Assembly: GCF_008000775.2 (NCBI RefSeq)
Contig: NZ_CP042905.2
Coordinates: 2,070,001 to 2,102,000, forward strand
Length of the DNA: 32,000 bases
Source of the DNA: Promethearchaeum syntrophicum
Lineage (GTDB): Archaea > Asgardarchaeota > Lokiarchaeia > Sigyniarchaeales > Promethearchaeaceae
Direction: 5' to 3'
Position numbers and translations under genes: made by a program
In this document: positions 1 to 9,574 of the stretch, piece after piece
Position numbering within the stretch: the stretch's first letter is position 1
Layout of the letters: each line of letters opens with the position of its first letter
The notes under the pieces: generated by a model
Told to the model about the DNA's origin: nothing
The model's input: only the letters and a program-made list of their open reading frames with translations
Databases searched by the model: none

Positions 1-519
1 CGTTAGTATTTTTATTTTTTTTTGAGTATATCTCATTAAAGTCGAAATTAATTCAATCATCAACGCCTGGTTCTTTGGATCGATTGCAACCATAGGATAT
101 GTTTTTATTTTTAATAGGTCTTCAACACGATCAGGGGTCATATGCCCTTTAAGATCTTGTTTGTTAGCTAGACACACAATTTCACATAGATCATCATCGA
201 TTAGATTTCTTGCGTGATCGATAATTTCCATCGTCGAAAGAACATTTTTTGGAGTCGAATCAGTAACAATAAAGATCAAATCCGAACCATGGATATATTT
301 ACTGAGTTGTTGTTTGATGAATGCTTTTTGACCTCCAAAGTCCCAGATCTTGAAAGGATTTATGTTTGGGTCGTTTAAAGTTGCCAAATTAAAACCCATT
401 GTAGGATTATATCTTCCTGTGATTAATTGCCCACGGATCATTTTAGAGATAGTAGTTTTACCTGTAGCTGGTGCTCCGACAAGACTGATTTTTGCAAATT
501 TTGCAAATTTTTGATCCAT
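1..519 (-). CDS. Arf/Ras-like small GTPase, 3' part cut by window edge
   Basis: Manual translation from ATG at 519: MDQKFAKFAKISLVGAPATGKTTISKMIRGQ...WDFGGQK...ANKQDLKGH...; G1 GAPATGKT, G3 DFGGQ, G4 NKQD. Frame is open to base 1, so it is missing from the ORF track. Confidence 0.85.
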   Translation of the reverse strand, partial: MDQKFAKFAKISLVGAPATGKTTISKMIRGQLITGRYNPTMGFNLATLNDPNINPFKIWDFGGQKAFIKQQLSKYIHGSDLIFIVTDSTPKNVLSTMEIIDHARNLIDDDLCEIVCLANKQDLKGHMTPDRVEDLLKIKTYPMVAIDPKNQALMIELISTLMRYTQKKIKILT

Positions 520-614
520 AATTTTTAACTAGAGTTTACATTCTTTATATTGAGATATCATTGAGATAATATTGTGATAAGAAATAAAAAACAAACAAAC
601 TGAGAATAACCTAA

Positions 615-1391
615 ATGCCGAAAGATATACTTGAATTGGTCCGTGATTTTAATTATTTAGTAAAAGATGCAATTTCTGGCCCAAATTGTATTGATCCTAA
701 AGTGTGTCATGGAGATTGCTGCTTTATTCACATAGATATTCCAAGAATTTTAGCTCAACATTACATTGAAAAGGGTTGGGCAAGTAAAGAAGATTTCAAA
801 CGAGGTTCAACTTTTAGCTTTGAAATTAATGTTGATTTAGACATATTAAAGTGTGTGTTCTTTTCCAAAGAGGTAAATGGTTGTTCTCTGCATATAACTG
901 GAATGAAACCTCCACAGTGTTGGGTATATCCTACTGGTTTAGATCCTGATAAAGTAAATACATCATGTAAAAAAGCAGGTGGTTGGTTTATAAATGATTC
1001 TGTGAGTGTTAGGAACGCTAAAAATATTTTAAGTGATTATGTTTCAATGTGTCAAGCAGAAGCTATAGAAGAAAACTCTCCCGATAAGATAAATCGGAGA
1101 TTACAAGCATTATCTACAGAAAAATTTGATACCCTTACGCCAAGTAGTATTGCCGGAATTGAGGATGATTGGGATAGGTTCAAAATTTTGATAGGCGAGG
1201 GTTATAATTTAGGCGTACGATCTTTTTGTTCAAAAATTGATTGTGGGATTGAATATTTCGAGTGCCCTGTTGTGTGTGAACCTCTGAAGAAAAAATTACT
1301 AAAATTTCTTTCTGAGAAATTATCCCATTTTATTCAACAAAACGGGTTTAAATCTCAATATACATTCATGGAATTAAAAGGACAGAACTGA
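615..1391 (+). CDS. Cysteine-cluster protein, YkgJ/UPF0153-like (putative Zn/Fe-S binding)
   Basis: 258 aa; N-terminal C-x5-C-x3-CC (CIDPKVCHGDCC) followed by CxxH...QCWVYPTG and a later conserved-looking Cys. Confidence 0.5.
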   Translation: MPKDILELVRDFNYLVKDAISGPNCIDPKVCHGDCCFIHIDIPRILAQHYIEKGWASKEDFKRGSTFSFEINVDLDILKCVFFSKEVNGCSLHITGMKPPQCWVYPTGLDPDKVNTSCKKAGGWFINDSVSVRNAKNILSDYVSMCQAEAIEENSPDKINRRLQALSTEKFDTLTPSSIAGIEDDWDRFKILIGEGYNLGVRSFCSKIDCGIEYFECPVVCEPLKKKLLKFLSEKLSHFIQQNGFKSQYTFMELKGQN

Positions 1392-1607
1392 AATTAATTA
1401 TAAATATGCCGATTTTTGTCGGATCCCACATTGAATAAAATCTTAATTATATTCCAGTCGGACCATCACGATGTTATATCGGATTATATATTATCATCAT
1501 TCTTTTTAACATAACCTTAAATAACTACAATCTTAAAGTTTATTAATGGGTAAATAATTTTTGCTCAAAGTCTACTTTTTGACATAGTTAGAAATGGGAT
1601 TAGGGTT

Positions 1608-1976
1608 TTGGACGTGCAAAAAAAAATGGAAAATGAATTAAGCTTAACCGAATTGACTAAAAAATTCTTCAGTCGAAAATATGAATATATTATTCCTGAA
1701 AATCCAATCAAAGGTAGATCAGGTCAAAAATGGAAATTCAATGCGTTCGTGATGTATGAGAATCAGAAGTACGGTGTGTTTATCCGAGAGTGGAATAGGA
1801 GTATAGGGGTTAACCAGATTCGACAATTGGAGAAAGCTTGTAGGGATACAAAATGTGCAGGTGGAATCATAGTTGGAGATACATTTTCGTGTAATGCAGA
1901 GATTTTTGGAGAGAATTTAGGTATTCAAGTAGTGGAAAGGAGCACCCTAGTCCAAAAAATGCAGAATGGAATATAG
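1608..1976 (+). CDS. Restriction-endonuclease-like (Mrr/PD-(D/E)XK-type) small protein, possibly catalytically degenerate
   Basis: GRSGQKWKFNAFV...YGVFIREW...VNQIRQLEKACRDTKCAGGIIVGDTFSCNAEIFGENLGIQVVER resembles the Mrr-type core. Track start is TTG; an in-frame ATG lies about 18 nt downstream. Confidence 0.4.
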   Translation: MDVQKKMENELSLTELTKKFFSRKYEYIIPENPIKGRSGQKWKFNAFVMYENQKYGVFIREWNRSIGVNQIRQLEKACRDTKCAGGIIVGDTFSCNAEIFGENLGIQVVERSTLVQKMQNGI

Positions 1977-2053
1977 AAATTCCATATTGATATTCCAAAT
2001 CCAAATTTCCCATTCAATAACTTTTTCTAATAAAATTTCTTTCTTTTTATGTG

Positions 2054-3607
2054 ATGTCTTTTATTATACGTAAAGAAAAAAAGCAATTTGATGATGATAC
2101 TTTACTAAAGAATTTTGATGAGTGGTCTCAATCTTCAATCGAAAAGCATGATCTCTATAATTTTGAAGTTAAACTTGATTATGGTCTAGAGAAACAATTT
2201 GCCAAGAATATTTATGAATTAACTTCCTACGTATTTATCCCAAATGCATTGCAGATCAATAATTCGACATATACTAAGAGTCAGTTTTTTGCTGATCGGA
2301 ACAATTATTTAAGATTTAGAACTGCTAGAATGAGTTTAACGGGGCTTTTAAATAGTGAAAATGAATTATCTCCATTCAAAATGATTTTAATTAATATGAA
2401 TATGATTAAAAATGGTAATTTTGACCCGGAAATTATAAAAAAAGTTTCATATGAGTTAAGAGTAATGGGCTGTATTGTTAAGTCAAATTTAAGGGATCAA
2501 GTTGAATTTTTTATAACAAACATTGCTAATTTTGAGGAATCACCTGCTGATTATAAAAGTTTTATCTTATATCTTGATGATATTAAGAGTTTACAAATCC
2601 ATATGCAAAATTTAAGGATGGAATTCCAACTAATTCAAATTCCTGAGGAATTAAAAGAAACGTTTTCGTTTGTAGATGAATACATCAGCAACCAAATAGA
2701 AGAATTTATGACTTTATTATTATATAAATCCAATTTTAATGATGAAACAAGAGAGAAATTAGTTAGTTTGATTGAATTTGAACAAAAACACAAGAAACAA
2801 GTAAATAGTAAGATTTTGATTGAGAAAGATTCTGATAATAAAAGCGTTGTATATTGGAAAAGTATTCTGAAAAAATTTGTTCAAGGTGTTTTGTACTTAG
2901 ACCTTAACCAAAAGGATGAGAAATCTAAACCACTAGAATTCCTTTACTCAGTAGCAGCAGGATTAGCAATGTTTTTCTCCGTATTACTTGGGTTTTTTAT
3001 TGTTTCTCAATTTCAAAATCAAGAATGGGCTTATGTTGTTGCATTGGTTATTGTTTATATGTTAAAAGATAGAATTAAAGAAAATATACGTACCTTATTT
3101 CGAGGAATAGTTCAGAAATATTATCCTGATCGCTCTTTTGAAATTTTTGATAATAATAATAAAATGAAGATTGGTTCCTGTAAAGAAATCATGGATTTTA
3201 TAAAATGGGGAGAAATTCCTAATGAAATATTACAAATTAGGGAAGCCAGCCATAAAACTATGATCGAAAGAGAAGGAAAACCAGAAATTGTTCTCAAATA
3301 TTCCAAGATTATTGAACTGAAAACGAAAAATATTAGTGAGAATCATAAAAGGCATTCAAATATTAATGATATCATACGGTTTAATATCATAGATTTTCTT
3401 CAATATGCCGATGATCCCATTACAAATGAAGAATTTTGGGATTCTGAGAAGAAAAAAGTAATAAAAATCTCGAGTGTTAAAGTCTATCATCTCAATATAA
3501 TATTTAAGATGAAAATGCCCAACCAACAGATAAAATACAAGAAGATTCGTGTCATTTTGGATCAAAAGGGAATTAAAGAAGTAAAAGAACTGACCTTCGT
3601 ATTATGA
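2054..3607 (+). CDS. Uncharacterised protein with two transmembrane helices near the centre
   Basis: Long ORF; hydrophobic pair FLYSVAAGLAMFFSVLLGFFIVS / WAYVVALVIVYML between soluble domains; no recognised family. GTG at 2051 is followed directly by ATG at 2054. Confidence 0.6.
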   Translation: MSFIIRKEKKQFDDDTLLKNFDEWSQSSIEKHDLYNFEVKLDYGLEKQFAKNIYELTSYVFIPNALQINNSTYTKSQFFADRNNYLRFRTARMSLTGLLNSENELSPFKMILINMNMIKNGNFDPEIIKKVSYELRVMGCIVKSNLRDQVEFFITNIANFEESPADYKSFILYLDDIKSLQIHMQNLRMEFQLIQIPEELKETFSFVDEYISNQIEEFMTLLLYKSNFNDETREKLVSLIEFEQKHKKQVNSKILIEKDSDNKSVVYWKSILKKFVQGVLYLDLNQKDEKSKPLEFLYSVAAGLAMFFSVLLGFFIVSQFQNQEWAYVVALVIVYMLKDRIKENIRTLFRGIVQKYYPDRSFEIFDNNNKMKIGSCKEIMDFIKWGEIPNEILQIREASHKTMIEREGKPEIVLKYSKIIELKTKNISENHKRHSNINDIIRFNIIDFLQYADDPITNEEFWDSEKKKVIKISSVKVYHLNIIFKMKMPNQQIKYKKIRVILDQKGIKEVKELTFVL

Positions 3608-3843
3608 TTATACCTTAAAATATCTAATAAATTTACTTTTAAAATCGAATAATTGTATCTGAATGTTTTTTTGGGATTTTACTTTTAGTTTGTTAGGAAA
3701 TACTCATGAAATTTAATTGGCGAGATGACTTATCTGACCCAACTGAATTAAGACTCCCTATTTTTTAGAGAGTGCTGATTATGACGAAGATCTTGAGTAA
3801 TGATCGTTAATTTCGGAGTATTTCCTAAGTGGTGGAATTATAT

Positions 3844-6114
3844 ATGTCTCGTCGCACAAAAATGACTGAAGATATTTTAAAAATGATGGAAAATCCGAAA
3901 CAGATCAGAAATCTTGCTCTAATCGGCCATATAGATCATGGAAAAACAACATTATCTGATTCTCTTTTAGCAGAAGCTGGACTTTTAGCAGAAAGTTTGG
4001 CGGGAGAAGCAAGAGTATTAGATTATCTTGAAGAAGAACAAAGACGAGGCATTACAATAAAATCTGCTAATATTTCATTATATTATGAGCATAGTCTTGA
4101 AAAATCGCTTCCCTTCTTGATAAACTTGATTGACACTCCCGGGCATCTAGATTTCTCTGGGAAAGTTACCCGAGCTCTTCGGATGGCAGATGGTGTCATT
4201 GTTATTGTCGATAGTGTTGAAGAAGTAAGTAGTCAAACAGAAACTGTTGTTCGTCAAGCATTAGATGAAGCTGTCCGGCCAATACTATTTATAAACAAGA
4301 TAGATCGCCTTTTTAAAGAATTAAAACTTGACATGGAAGAAATCAAGGAAAAATTTAGTCGAATCATTCAAGATTTTAACAAATTAATATTCATGTATGG
4401 AGATGAATTGGCTAAATCTAACTGGATGGTTTCAGCTGAATTAGGTTCCGTGATTTTTGGGTCTGCACTTCATAGATGGGGATTTGTAATATCTGATCTT
4501 AAAACAAAAAATCACTCATTACAATATTTTGAAAACAAATACCAAGATGGCACTTATAAAGAAATTTCTTCATTATATCCCGTTTGGAAGAGTGTTCTTG
4601 CAGCTGTTGTTCAATTTGTTCCAGATCCAGCTCAAGCTCAATCTTACAGAACACAAACAATATGGAGTGGGGATATCGAGACTGAAATTGGAAAAGCTAT
4701 TCAAAAATGTGATCCTACTGGACCTTTAGTAATAGGTATGGGGAAAGTTCAAAAAATTAAGAATAGATTAATTGGAACTGGAAGGATATTTTCAGGAACT
4801 TTGAAAAGAGGGCAACATGCATGGCTTGTGAATGATGGATCAAAAACTTCGGTCAATCAATTGAGTATCTTCATGGGTTCTAGAATGGAAACTGTTATAG
4901 AAATTCCAGCAGGTAATATTGCAGCTATAGGTGGCATTAAAAAAATTAGCAGTGGAGAAACAATTTTTGATATTAAAAATATAGATGAAGCTAAACCCTT
5001 TGAGGCTGTAAAATATGTGAGTGAACCTGTTGTAACTGTTGCAGTTGAACCTGATATGTTAAAAAATCTTGCTCAATTACAAGAGATTCTCGAAGATATT
5101 AAAATAGAAGACCCAAATATTAATGTTGAAATTAGCAATGATTCCGGTGAATGTCTGCTATCTGGTATGGGACCATTGCATTTAGAAATCGTTGCAAAAA
5201 CAATAAAAGAAAGAGGTATTGAAGTTTCAGTTTCAAAACCAACAAGCGTATTTCGAGAATCAGTTCAAAAAATTAGTAAATATCACGAAGCAAAAAGCCC
5301 CAATGGATTGAATTCAATACAAATGCTGGTTATGCGTATGGATCCCTCGTCTGTAGAATATTTTAGAGGTGCCAAACGGCATATATTAGAAAATGAATAC
5401 TTACGGATAAACGATTTGAAAGAAAAAACCAATTTTAGTGAATATGAAGCCAAAGGGCTATGGAATGTGGATCGGTTTCAAAATATTATTATTTCTAGAT
5501 TGGAAGAAGATACAGGTATTGTATACAATGAAAATGATGAAATTAGCCCTAAGTCTCTGAAAAAACCAAAATCTCAAAAAGCAAAACCAAGTAGTCAAAG
5601 ACAAATAACTCATGAAATGCGAGATCAAATCATTAAAATCATTGGTAATTTATGCAATAACGGGACAATCGCTAAAGAACCGATGTCAGAATTAAAAATT
5701 ATCATTAAATATGCCCAGATTGTATCCGATCCTGAAGATTCTAATTATTTTGAAATTTCAACGATGATTAATGATGCATTTATCAATTGCATTCGTGAAG
5801 CTCAACCAGTTTTATTAGAACCTATATATCGAATGTTAATAACATCTCCCGAAGAACACATTGGGACAGTGACTTCTCTTATAAATCAATTTCAAGGGAA
5901 AATTAATGAAATCAGCCAGGATGCATTTAAATCATACATTGACGCGAAGATGTCTGTTAGGAAATCAATTTTATTTGCGGATGAAATTCGCGGTCAAACA
6001 TCTGGACGTGTTTTTTGGCAGAATTTATTTGATCGATTTTCACCTGTGCCAGAACATGATTTAGAAGAAATTGTAAAAGATATTAAATTTCGAAAAGGAT
6101 TGGCGTTTTTCTAA
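3844..6114 (+). CDS. Translation elongation factor 2 paralogue (aEF-2p-like) without the diphthamide loop motif
   Basis: MSRRTKMTEDILKMMENPKQIRNLALIGHIDHGKTT, RGITI, DTPGHLDF, NKIDRL, ISNDSGECLLSGMGPLHLEI, C-terminal KFRKGLAFF; domain IV HxDxxHRG motif absent. Confidence 0.93.
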   Translation: MSRRTKMTEDILKMMENPKQIRNLALIGHIDHGKTTLSDSLLAEAGLLAESLAGEARVLDYLEEEQRRGITIKSANISLYYEHSLEKSLPFLINLIDTPGHLDFSGKVTRALRMADGVIVIVDSVEEVSSQTETVVRQALDEAVRPILFINKIDRLFKELKLDMEEIKEKFSRIIQDFNKLIFMYGDELAKSNWMVSAELGSVIFGSALHRWGFVISDLKTKNHSLQYFENKYQDGTYKEISSLYPVWKSVLAAVVQFVPDPAQAQSYRTQTIWSGDIETEIGKAIQKCDPTGPLVIGMGKVQKIKNRLIGTGRIFSGTLKRGQHAWLVNDGSKTSVNQLSIFMGSRMETVIEIPAGNIAAIGGIKKISSGETIFDIKNIDEAKPFEAVKYVSEPVVTVAVEPDMLKNLAQLQEILEDIKIEDPNINVEISNDSGECLLSGMGPLHLEIVAKTIKERGIEVSVSKPTSVFRESVQKISKYHEAKSPNGLNSIQMLVMRMDPSSVEYFRGAKRHILENEYLRINDLKEKTNFSEYEAKGLWNVDRFQNIIISRLEEDTGIVYNENDEISPKSLKKPKSQKAKPSSQRQITHEMRDQIIKIIGNLCNNGTIAKEPMSELKIIIKYAQIVSDPEDSNYFEISTMINDAFINCIREAQPVLLEPIYRMLITSPEEHIGTVTSLINQFQGKINEISQDAFKSYIDAKMSVRKSILFADEIRGQTSGRVFWQNLFDRFSPVPEHDLEEIVKDIKFRKGLAFF

Positions 6115-6178
6115 AATTTCTATTTTTTAAAGAAGTATAGGTTATTTAGGTTTCTTTAACATCTTATACTTTGAAAAT

Positions 6179-8233
6179 ATGAATATTAGAAATATACTTA
6201 ATAAAAATAGAACTAAGCAATTTTTTTTTCTATTTCTAATTTACATTTTAATTACCTTAGTGTCATTTTCTAATTTTTCATTTAAGCCATCAAGTTCTGA
6301 ATCTATTCACTTGAAAGTTGGAGCTTATGAGAACAGCCCGAAGATTTTTACCAACGAACAAGGTGAGATTGATGGTTTTTTCCCTTCGATTTTAGGTCAT
6401 ATTGCTGATAAAGAGGGATGGGAATTGGAATATATTCATGGAAATTGGAGTGAAAGTTTAGCCCTCCTTAAGGCAAATCAAATAGATATTTTACCTGATG
6501 TTGGTTTTTCATACGATCGTCAAATGGAGTATGATTTTAATAATGAATCTGCGATAACTGGTTGGGGTATTGCTTATACCCATGATGAATCAGATATCTA
6601 TTCTATGCAAGATTTAAAAAATAAAAAGATCGGAGTAATGAAAGATGATATTAACTATATTGGACCCTTGGGAATAAAAATTATATCTGATCAAAATAGA
6701 TTAAATTGTACTTTTGTTGAATATGATAGCCTTGAAGATGTTTTAACTAGTTTAAATCTCAAAATCGTTGATGTGGGCATCGTAAATGAGTTTTTTGGAA
6801 ATTTAAATGCTTATAAATTTGATGTGAAAAAAACTTCAATCGCGTTTAATCCTATCGATTTTAAATTTGCTTTTCCTAAAAATGCAAGTTTAAATTCGTT
6901 CTTGATTGAGAAAATAGATAATTGGTTAAAGACTTCTAAAAGTGACCTTGATTCTATCTATTATCAAGAAGCCGAAATATACTTATCTGATCAAGAAAGT
7001 TCAATTCCTTCATGGATATTCCCTAGCTTTTTAATTTTAATCGGTTTAGCTGCATTTTTAACAATTTCTGCAATGACTTTGAGATATCAAGTAAAAATTA
7101 GAACGAAGAGTTTACATGATTTAAACCAAGAATTAAGTACAGAATCAATCCAGAAGAAAAATCAATTAGCAAATATTGTAGAAAATTCAAACGATGGGAT
7201 TATTAGTGCTGAATTAGATGGAACAATTAGGTCTTGGAATAAAAGTGCAGAAGTTATTTTTGGTTTTTCATCAGAAGAGATTATTGGAAAAAAATTAGAT
7301 CTTATAATTCCGTCAAATCGTTTTAATGAGGTCAAATATATTATTGATAAAATAAAGCAAGGAGAGCCTGTCAATCATTTTGAAACTAAACTTATGAGAA
7401 ACGATGGTAAACTTCTCGATATATCAATAACAGCTTCTCCATTAAAAAACCTAAAAGGTAAAATTAATGGCTTTTCCGCAATTGGACGCGATTTTACAGA
7501 AACAATTGAGAGACAAAAATTATATCAAGACCAAATTCTAAAAGCCTCTAAATTTAAATCAGATTTCATGGCTTCTATGTCACACGAATTAAGAACCCCT
7601 TTGAATAGTATCATCGGCTTTACCGATGTCATTTTAGAAAGAATAAGTGGGGAAATTAATGAGGAACAAGATAAATACCTCACACATGTAAAAACTTCAG
7701 CTATGCTTCTATTAGATTTAATAAACGATATTTTAGATATTACAAAAATTGAATCGGGTAAAATGGAACTGAATATTGAAGAGGTCAATCTAAGTCAGAT
7801 AATTAGTCAAGTTGATACAATGATAAAACCAATATACATGAAAAAAAGCCTAATTTTTGAAGTGCAAGAAATTGATAAAGAGAAAGTTATTCGAGTAGAT
7901 CGGTTGAGGTTTAAGGAAATACTTTTTAATCTACTTAGTAACGCTGTGAAATATACAAAAGAAGGAAAAATTATGATAAAATTTTCAGAGGAAGAAGAGT
8001 TTTGGAAATTTGATGTAATAGATACGGGTATAGGAATCAAAAAAGAAAATTTTGACATCTTGTTCAAAGATTTTAGAAGGATTGCTTCTAAATATGTAGT
8101 GGCAACAGAAGGAACAGGGCTCGGATTATCTTTGTCTAAAAGATTAGTCGAATTCCATGGAGGAACTATTTCTTTTACCAGCACTTTCGGAAAAGGGTCA
8201 AAATTTACATTTACAATTCCAAAACAATTATAA
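6179..8233 (+). CDS. Membrane sensor histidine kinase: extracellular SBP_bac_3-like domain, TM, PAS, HisKA, HATPase_c
   Basis: N-terminal TM; 'LKVGAYENSPKIFTNEQGEIDGFFPSIL...GWELEYIHGNWSESLALLKANQIDILPDV'; TM 'WIFPSFLILIGLAAFLTISAMTL'; PAS; SHELRTPLNSIIGF; GTGLGLSLSKRLV. Confidence 0.93.
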   Translation: MNIRNILNKNRTKQFFFLFLIYILITLVSFSNFSFKPSSSESIHLKVGAYENSPKIFTNEQGEIDGFFPSILGHIADKEGWELEYIHGNWSESLALLKANQIDILPDVGFSYDRQMEYDFNNESAITGWGIAYTHDESDIYSMQDLKNKKIGVMKDDINYIGPLGIKIISDQNRLNCTFVEYDSLEDVLTSLNLKIVDVGIVNEFFGNLNAYKFDVKKTSIAFNPIDFKFAFPKNASLNSFLIEKIDNWLKTSKSDLDSIYYQEAEIYLSDQESSIPSWIFPSFLILIGLAAFLTISAMTLRYQVKIRTKSLHDLNQELSTESIQKKNQLANIVENSNDGIISAELDGTIRSWNKSAEVIFGFSSEEIIGKKLDLIIPSNRFNEVKYIIDKIKQGEPVNHFETKLMRNDGKLLDISITASPLKNLKGKINGFSAIGRDFTETIERQKLYQDQILKASKFKSDFMASMSHELRTPLNSIIGFTDVILERISGEINEEQDKYLTHVKTSAMLLLDLINDILDITKIESGKMELNIEEVNLSQIISQVDTMIKPIYMKKSLIFEVQEIDKEKVIRVDRLRFKEILFNLLSNAVKYTKEGKIMIKFSEEEEFWKFDVIDTGIGIKKENFDILFKDFRRIASKYVVATEGTGLGLSLSKRLVEFHGGTISFTSTFGKGSKFTFTIPKQL

Positions 8234-8271
8234 ACTGATGTAAAAACTAATAAATACACATTAAAACAGAT

Positions 8272-8646
8272 TTATTCTAAATATTTTATTACTAATTCCC
8301 TAAATTCTTTAATCTGCAAGGGTTTTGATATATAATCATTAAAACCTGAATTTAAAATTCGTTCTTTATCTCCTTTCATTGCAAATGAAGTTACAGCCAT
8401 AATTGGTGTTTTTTTATATTTTTCCAGCTTTCGAATTTCTTTGCAAATATCAATCCCGCTCATATCAGGTAGCTGAATATCTAAAATAATAACATCAATA
8501 TTGTTACTTGCTATTGATTGAAGCCCTTCTTTTCCGGTAATAGATGTTAATATATTTAAATTAGGAATAGTTCCTAATACTGCTTTAAATAATTCCATGT
8601 TTTTTTCATTGTCTTCCACAATGAATATTTGTTTTTCTTCTGTCAT
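8272..8646 (-). CDS. Stand-alone response regulator receiver (REC1)
   Basis: IFIVEDNEKN...VIILDIQLPDMSG...MAVTSFAMKGDKERI...DYISKP. Track starts at 8691; MTEEKQ (8646) is the likelier start by comparison with its paralogues. Confidence 0.92.
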   Translation of the reverse strand: MTEEKQIFIVEDNEKNMELFKAVLGTIPNLNILTSITGKEGLQSIASNNIDVIILDIQLPDMSGIDICKEIRKLEKYKKTPIMAVTSFAMKGDKERILNSGFNDYISKPLQIKEFRELVIKYLE

Positions 8647-8973
8647 ACTTCGTTCCTTCAATTCGAACAAAATTGCCATTATTTCAAACAATAACGAATT
8701 TATAATGTTCTTGATCGTAAAAATATATCTTTAGAATTATATACAATAATGTGAAATCTATTAAATTTTTTGAGAAACTTAAAAAATACTTTTCTATTGT
8801 AATAATTCAATACCACTTATTTATCATTTCAATGAAAAATAAAATTTTAATTAATTTTTTTGAAGTGTTATAAGAAATCGAATAATAATATAAGTAAACG
8901 GAACTATTTTTTAACTTGATTCCTTAAAAAGGATAAGTAAAAGAAAAACGCTAGTTAAAGAAAACGATCGAAA

Positions 8974-9354
8974 ATGAGAACCAAAAAAGTTTACATAGTT
9001 GAAGATAATCCACTAAATATTGAACTTTATTTAGCAATTCTTAACCAAATTGAAAATATAGAAGTTTTTGTAGAAAAACAAGGTGATAAAGGATTAAATC
9101 TTATTAAATTAGGAGATCCTGATTTATGCATATTAGATTACGATATTCCTGTTCTAAATGGAGTTAAAATCTGTAAAGAACTTAGAAAAATCGAAAAATT
9201 TCAAAAAATACCAATTATTGTAATATCTTCATCCCCTATTAAGGGAAATAAAGATGATATATTTCGAGAAGCTGGTTTTGATAAATGGTTCGAAAAACCT
9301 TTGAATGTTAAGGAATTTAAAAATAACATTACAAATTTGTTGTTTCAAAATTGA
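8974..9354 (+). CDS. Stand-alone response regulator receiver (REC2, divergent)
   Basis: VYIVEDNPLNIEL...LCILDYDIPVLNG...IIVISSSPIKG...KWFEKPLNVKEF. Confidence 0.9.
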   Translation: MRTKKVYIVEDNPLNIELYLAILNQIENIEVFVEKQGDKGLNLIKLGDPDLCILDYDIPVLNGVKICKELRKIEKFQKIPIIVISSSPIKGNKDDIFREAGFDKWFEKPLNVKEFKNNITNLLFQN

Positions 9355-9574
9355 AATCCATGAAGAGCATGCAAATTTATAGTATCTATAATCAGAACAT
9401 TTTTAGAAGAGATTTCTTAAAATTTTTAGTTTTTCTACATGAATAATCCAAATGCCTAATAGAACTCTTAGATTACTTTTCAAAACCTCCTAATTTATAT
9501 ATATCAAAATTATTAGGTTACCAAATCGATCATTAGATATATCACCTAAACAAAGTAAAACATTAAGGATAATT

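Noticed and set aside
3121-3565. Minus-strand ORFs 3121..3306 and 3356..3565
   Set aside because: Antisense to the well-supported 518-aa ORF; low-complexity composition, no family signal.
3728-3810. Possible C/D-box-like small RNA (GATGA / CTGA elements upstream of the EF-2 paralogue)
   Set aside because: Boxes match the consensus poorly and spacing is wrong for a guide RNA; short motifs occur by chance.
7162-8259. Minus-strand ORFs 7162..7374, 7525..7788 and 7807..8259
   Set aside because: Fully or mostly antisense to conserved PAS/HisKA/HATPase regions of the kinase gene; shadow ORFs.
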